This document shows, in pieces, positions 62,826-64,000 of a stretch of 64,000 bases of DNA. The notes under the pieces are model-generated. The model made no database searches and had not been told where the DNA came from. It saw nothing but the letters and a program-made list of their open reading frames with translations. Position numbers and translations under genes: made by a program. The stretch lies in assembly GCA_951406725.2 (NCBI GenBank), contig OX597820.1:26102001-26166000 (forward strand), in the 5' to 3' direction. The stretch's first letter is position 1, and each line of letters begins with the position of its first letter. This DNA comes from Octopus vulgaris. Lineage: Eukaryota.

Positions 62826-64000
62826 ATATTATTAAAAATAAAAAAGATATTACAACAAACTATATGTTTGCATTGGCCAGCTCTGATCCAATTTATTCAA
62901 ACTGATTTAAATGCAAGAAGTTATATTACACTTTAGTATTTTATGAATTTATTGACAATTAACTTGGTATCCAGGTAGTTTTGAAGAATAGTCACTATCC
63001 AATATGTTGCCAGATCAATTCTGCAAGGTGCTAATTGTGCACATGTTAACTTGTCAATCCCTTACAATAAAATGATTTTCGTAATTTTTGAAGTGACTTA
63101 GCTAAGCCAAGACTATCTAACTAGACCTTGTTTCATTCCCACCTCCTCTTTCTTTGTGATTCCTACCCTCCATTTTTCTCTCTCTTTGTAATCAGGACTT
63201 GCAGCAATTTCTGGATTGTTGTTGTCAACAGCAAACATTTTGTTTGTGCTGCTTTCAGTATTGCTGAGTTGAAAAACTTGCTCTCTTTATTTATTCAGTT
63301 GCTTACGTTTTCATTGCCTTCAATAAAGTAAAGAAAGAAATGATTGAAATTGAACATTCTAGTTTCCATGGAATTTGATGTTATATTGTATTAGCGTTCA
63401 GAATTAAATAGTATTATTTATATATTAACGAGTTTTACCATTAAATTTTAATAGAATTGGTTTTTCACCCCCCATCTCCCACCCCAGTTCAATTGCACTT
63501 CATGGTGTAACTTACCTTAAGTATATTTACAAAATGAATACAATAATTTTCTTTGTGAATTTCAGATAAACCATACTTTAAATTAAATGTTTTTCACTTT
63601 CTTTTAAAAGTTTTATATTTTGTATATATATATTTCGTAAAGTATGTAGTATATAATTACTTATTTATAAATTGCATTAGAAATTATTTCATCATTGAAA
63701 TTACTGGAAATGTAAAATTAGTATTCATTCAGTATTGTAACTTTGAGAAGTTTGATGTTTCATAACAAAACAAAGAAAAAGAGAAGAAAAAAAAGAAAAA
63801 AAAGCAATTAGTCGGCTGGTTTCTGATATCTTGAACTAGCTAAGAATTTGAAGCACAAAATAAATGATATACAAAAGTGTTAAATATTATGAAGACATCA
63901 ATTTTAGACTTTGTATCGTTATTAGTTTTTCATTCATTTTATACATATTTTCAACTCTAATAAATTATTTAATTATATTTCTTGAAATATTTTTACTTCA

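Overview
AT-rich, microsatellite-rich metazoan DNA. The SINE, LINE and MITE families look like those of an octopus (coleoid cephalopod); this assignment is recalled from repeat-family knowledge, not from a search. No intact protein-coding gene, tRNA, rRNA or CRISPR array is supported. The long ORFs in the track are microsatellite artefacts or transposon fossils. The best overall reading is a CpG-retaining promoter/first-exon region at about 1-3.9 kb, followed by about 60 kb of CpG-depleted, T-skewed sequence that looks like very long intron(s) of a + strand gene. That stretch holds tRNA-derived SINEs (at least four families), RTE, CR1/Jockey and Penelope retroelement fossils, mariner, Tc2, hAT, piggyBac-type and Helitron-like relics, and a few candidate small exons (best: 57554-57713). 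The most notable signals are: many independent fold-back (dsRNA-forming) structures, including a snap-back mariner, an inverted Penelope, a palindromic element split by a SINE, inverted SINE pairs and unique-sequence hairpins; a 155-bp local templated duplication; SINEs that carry an RTE LINE tail; and an RTE 3' UTR built from hairpin-bearing tandem units. All alignments and folds were done by eye, and repeat boundaries are approximate.
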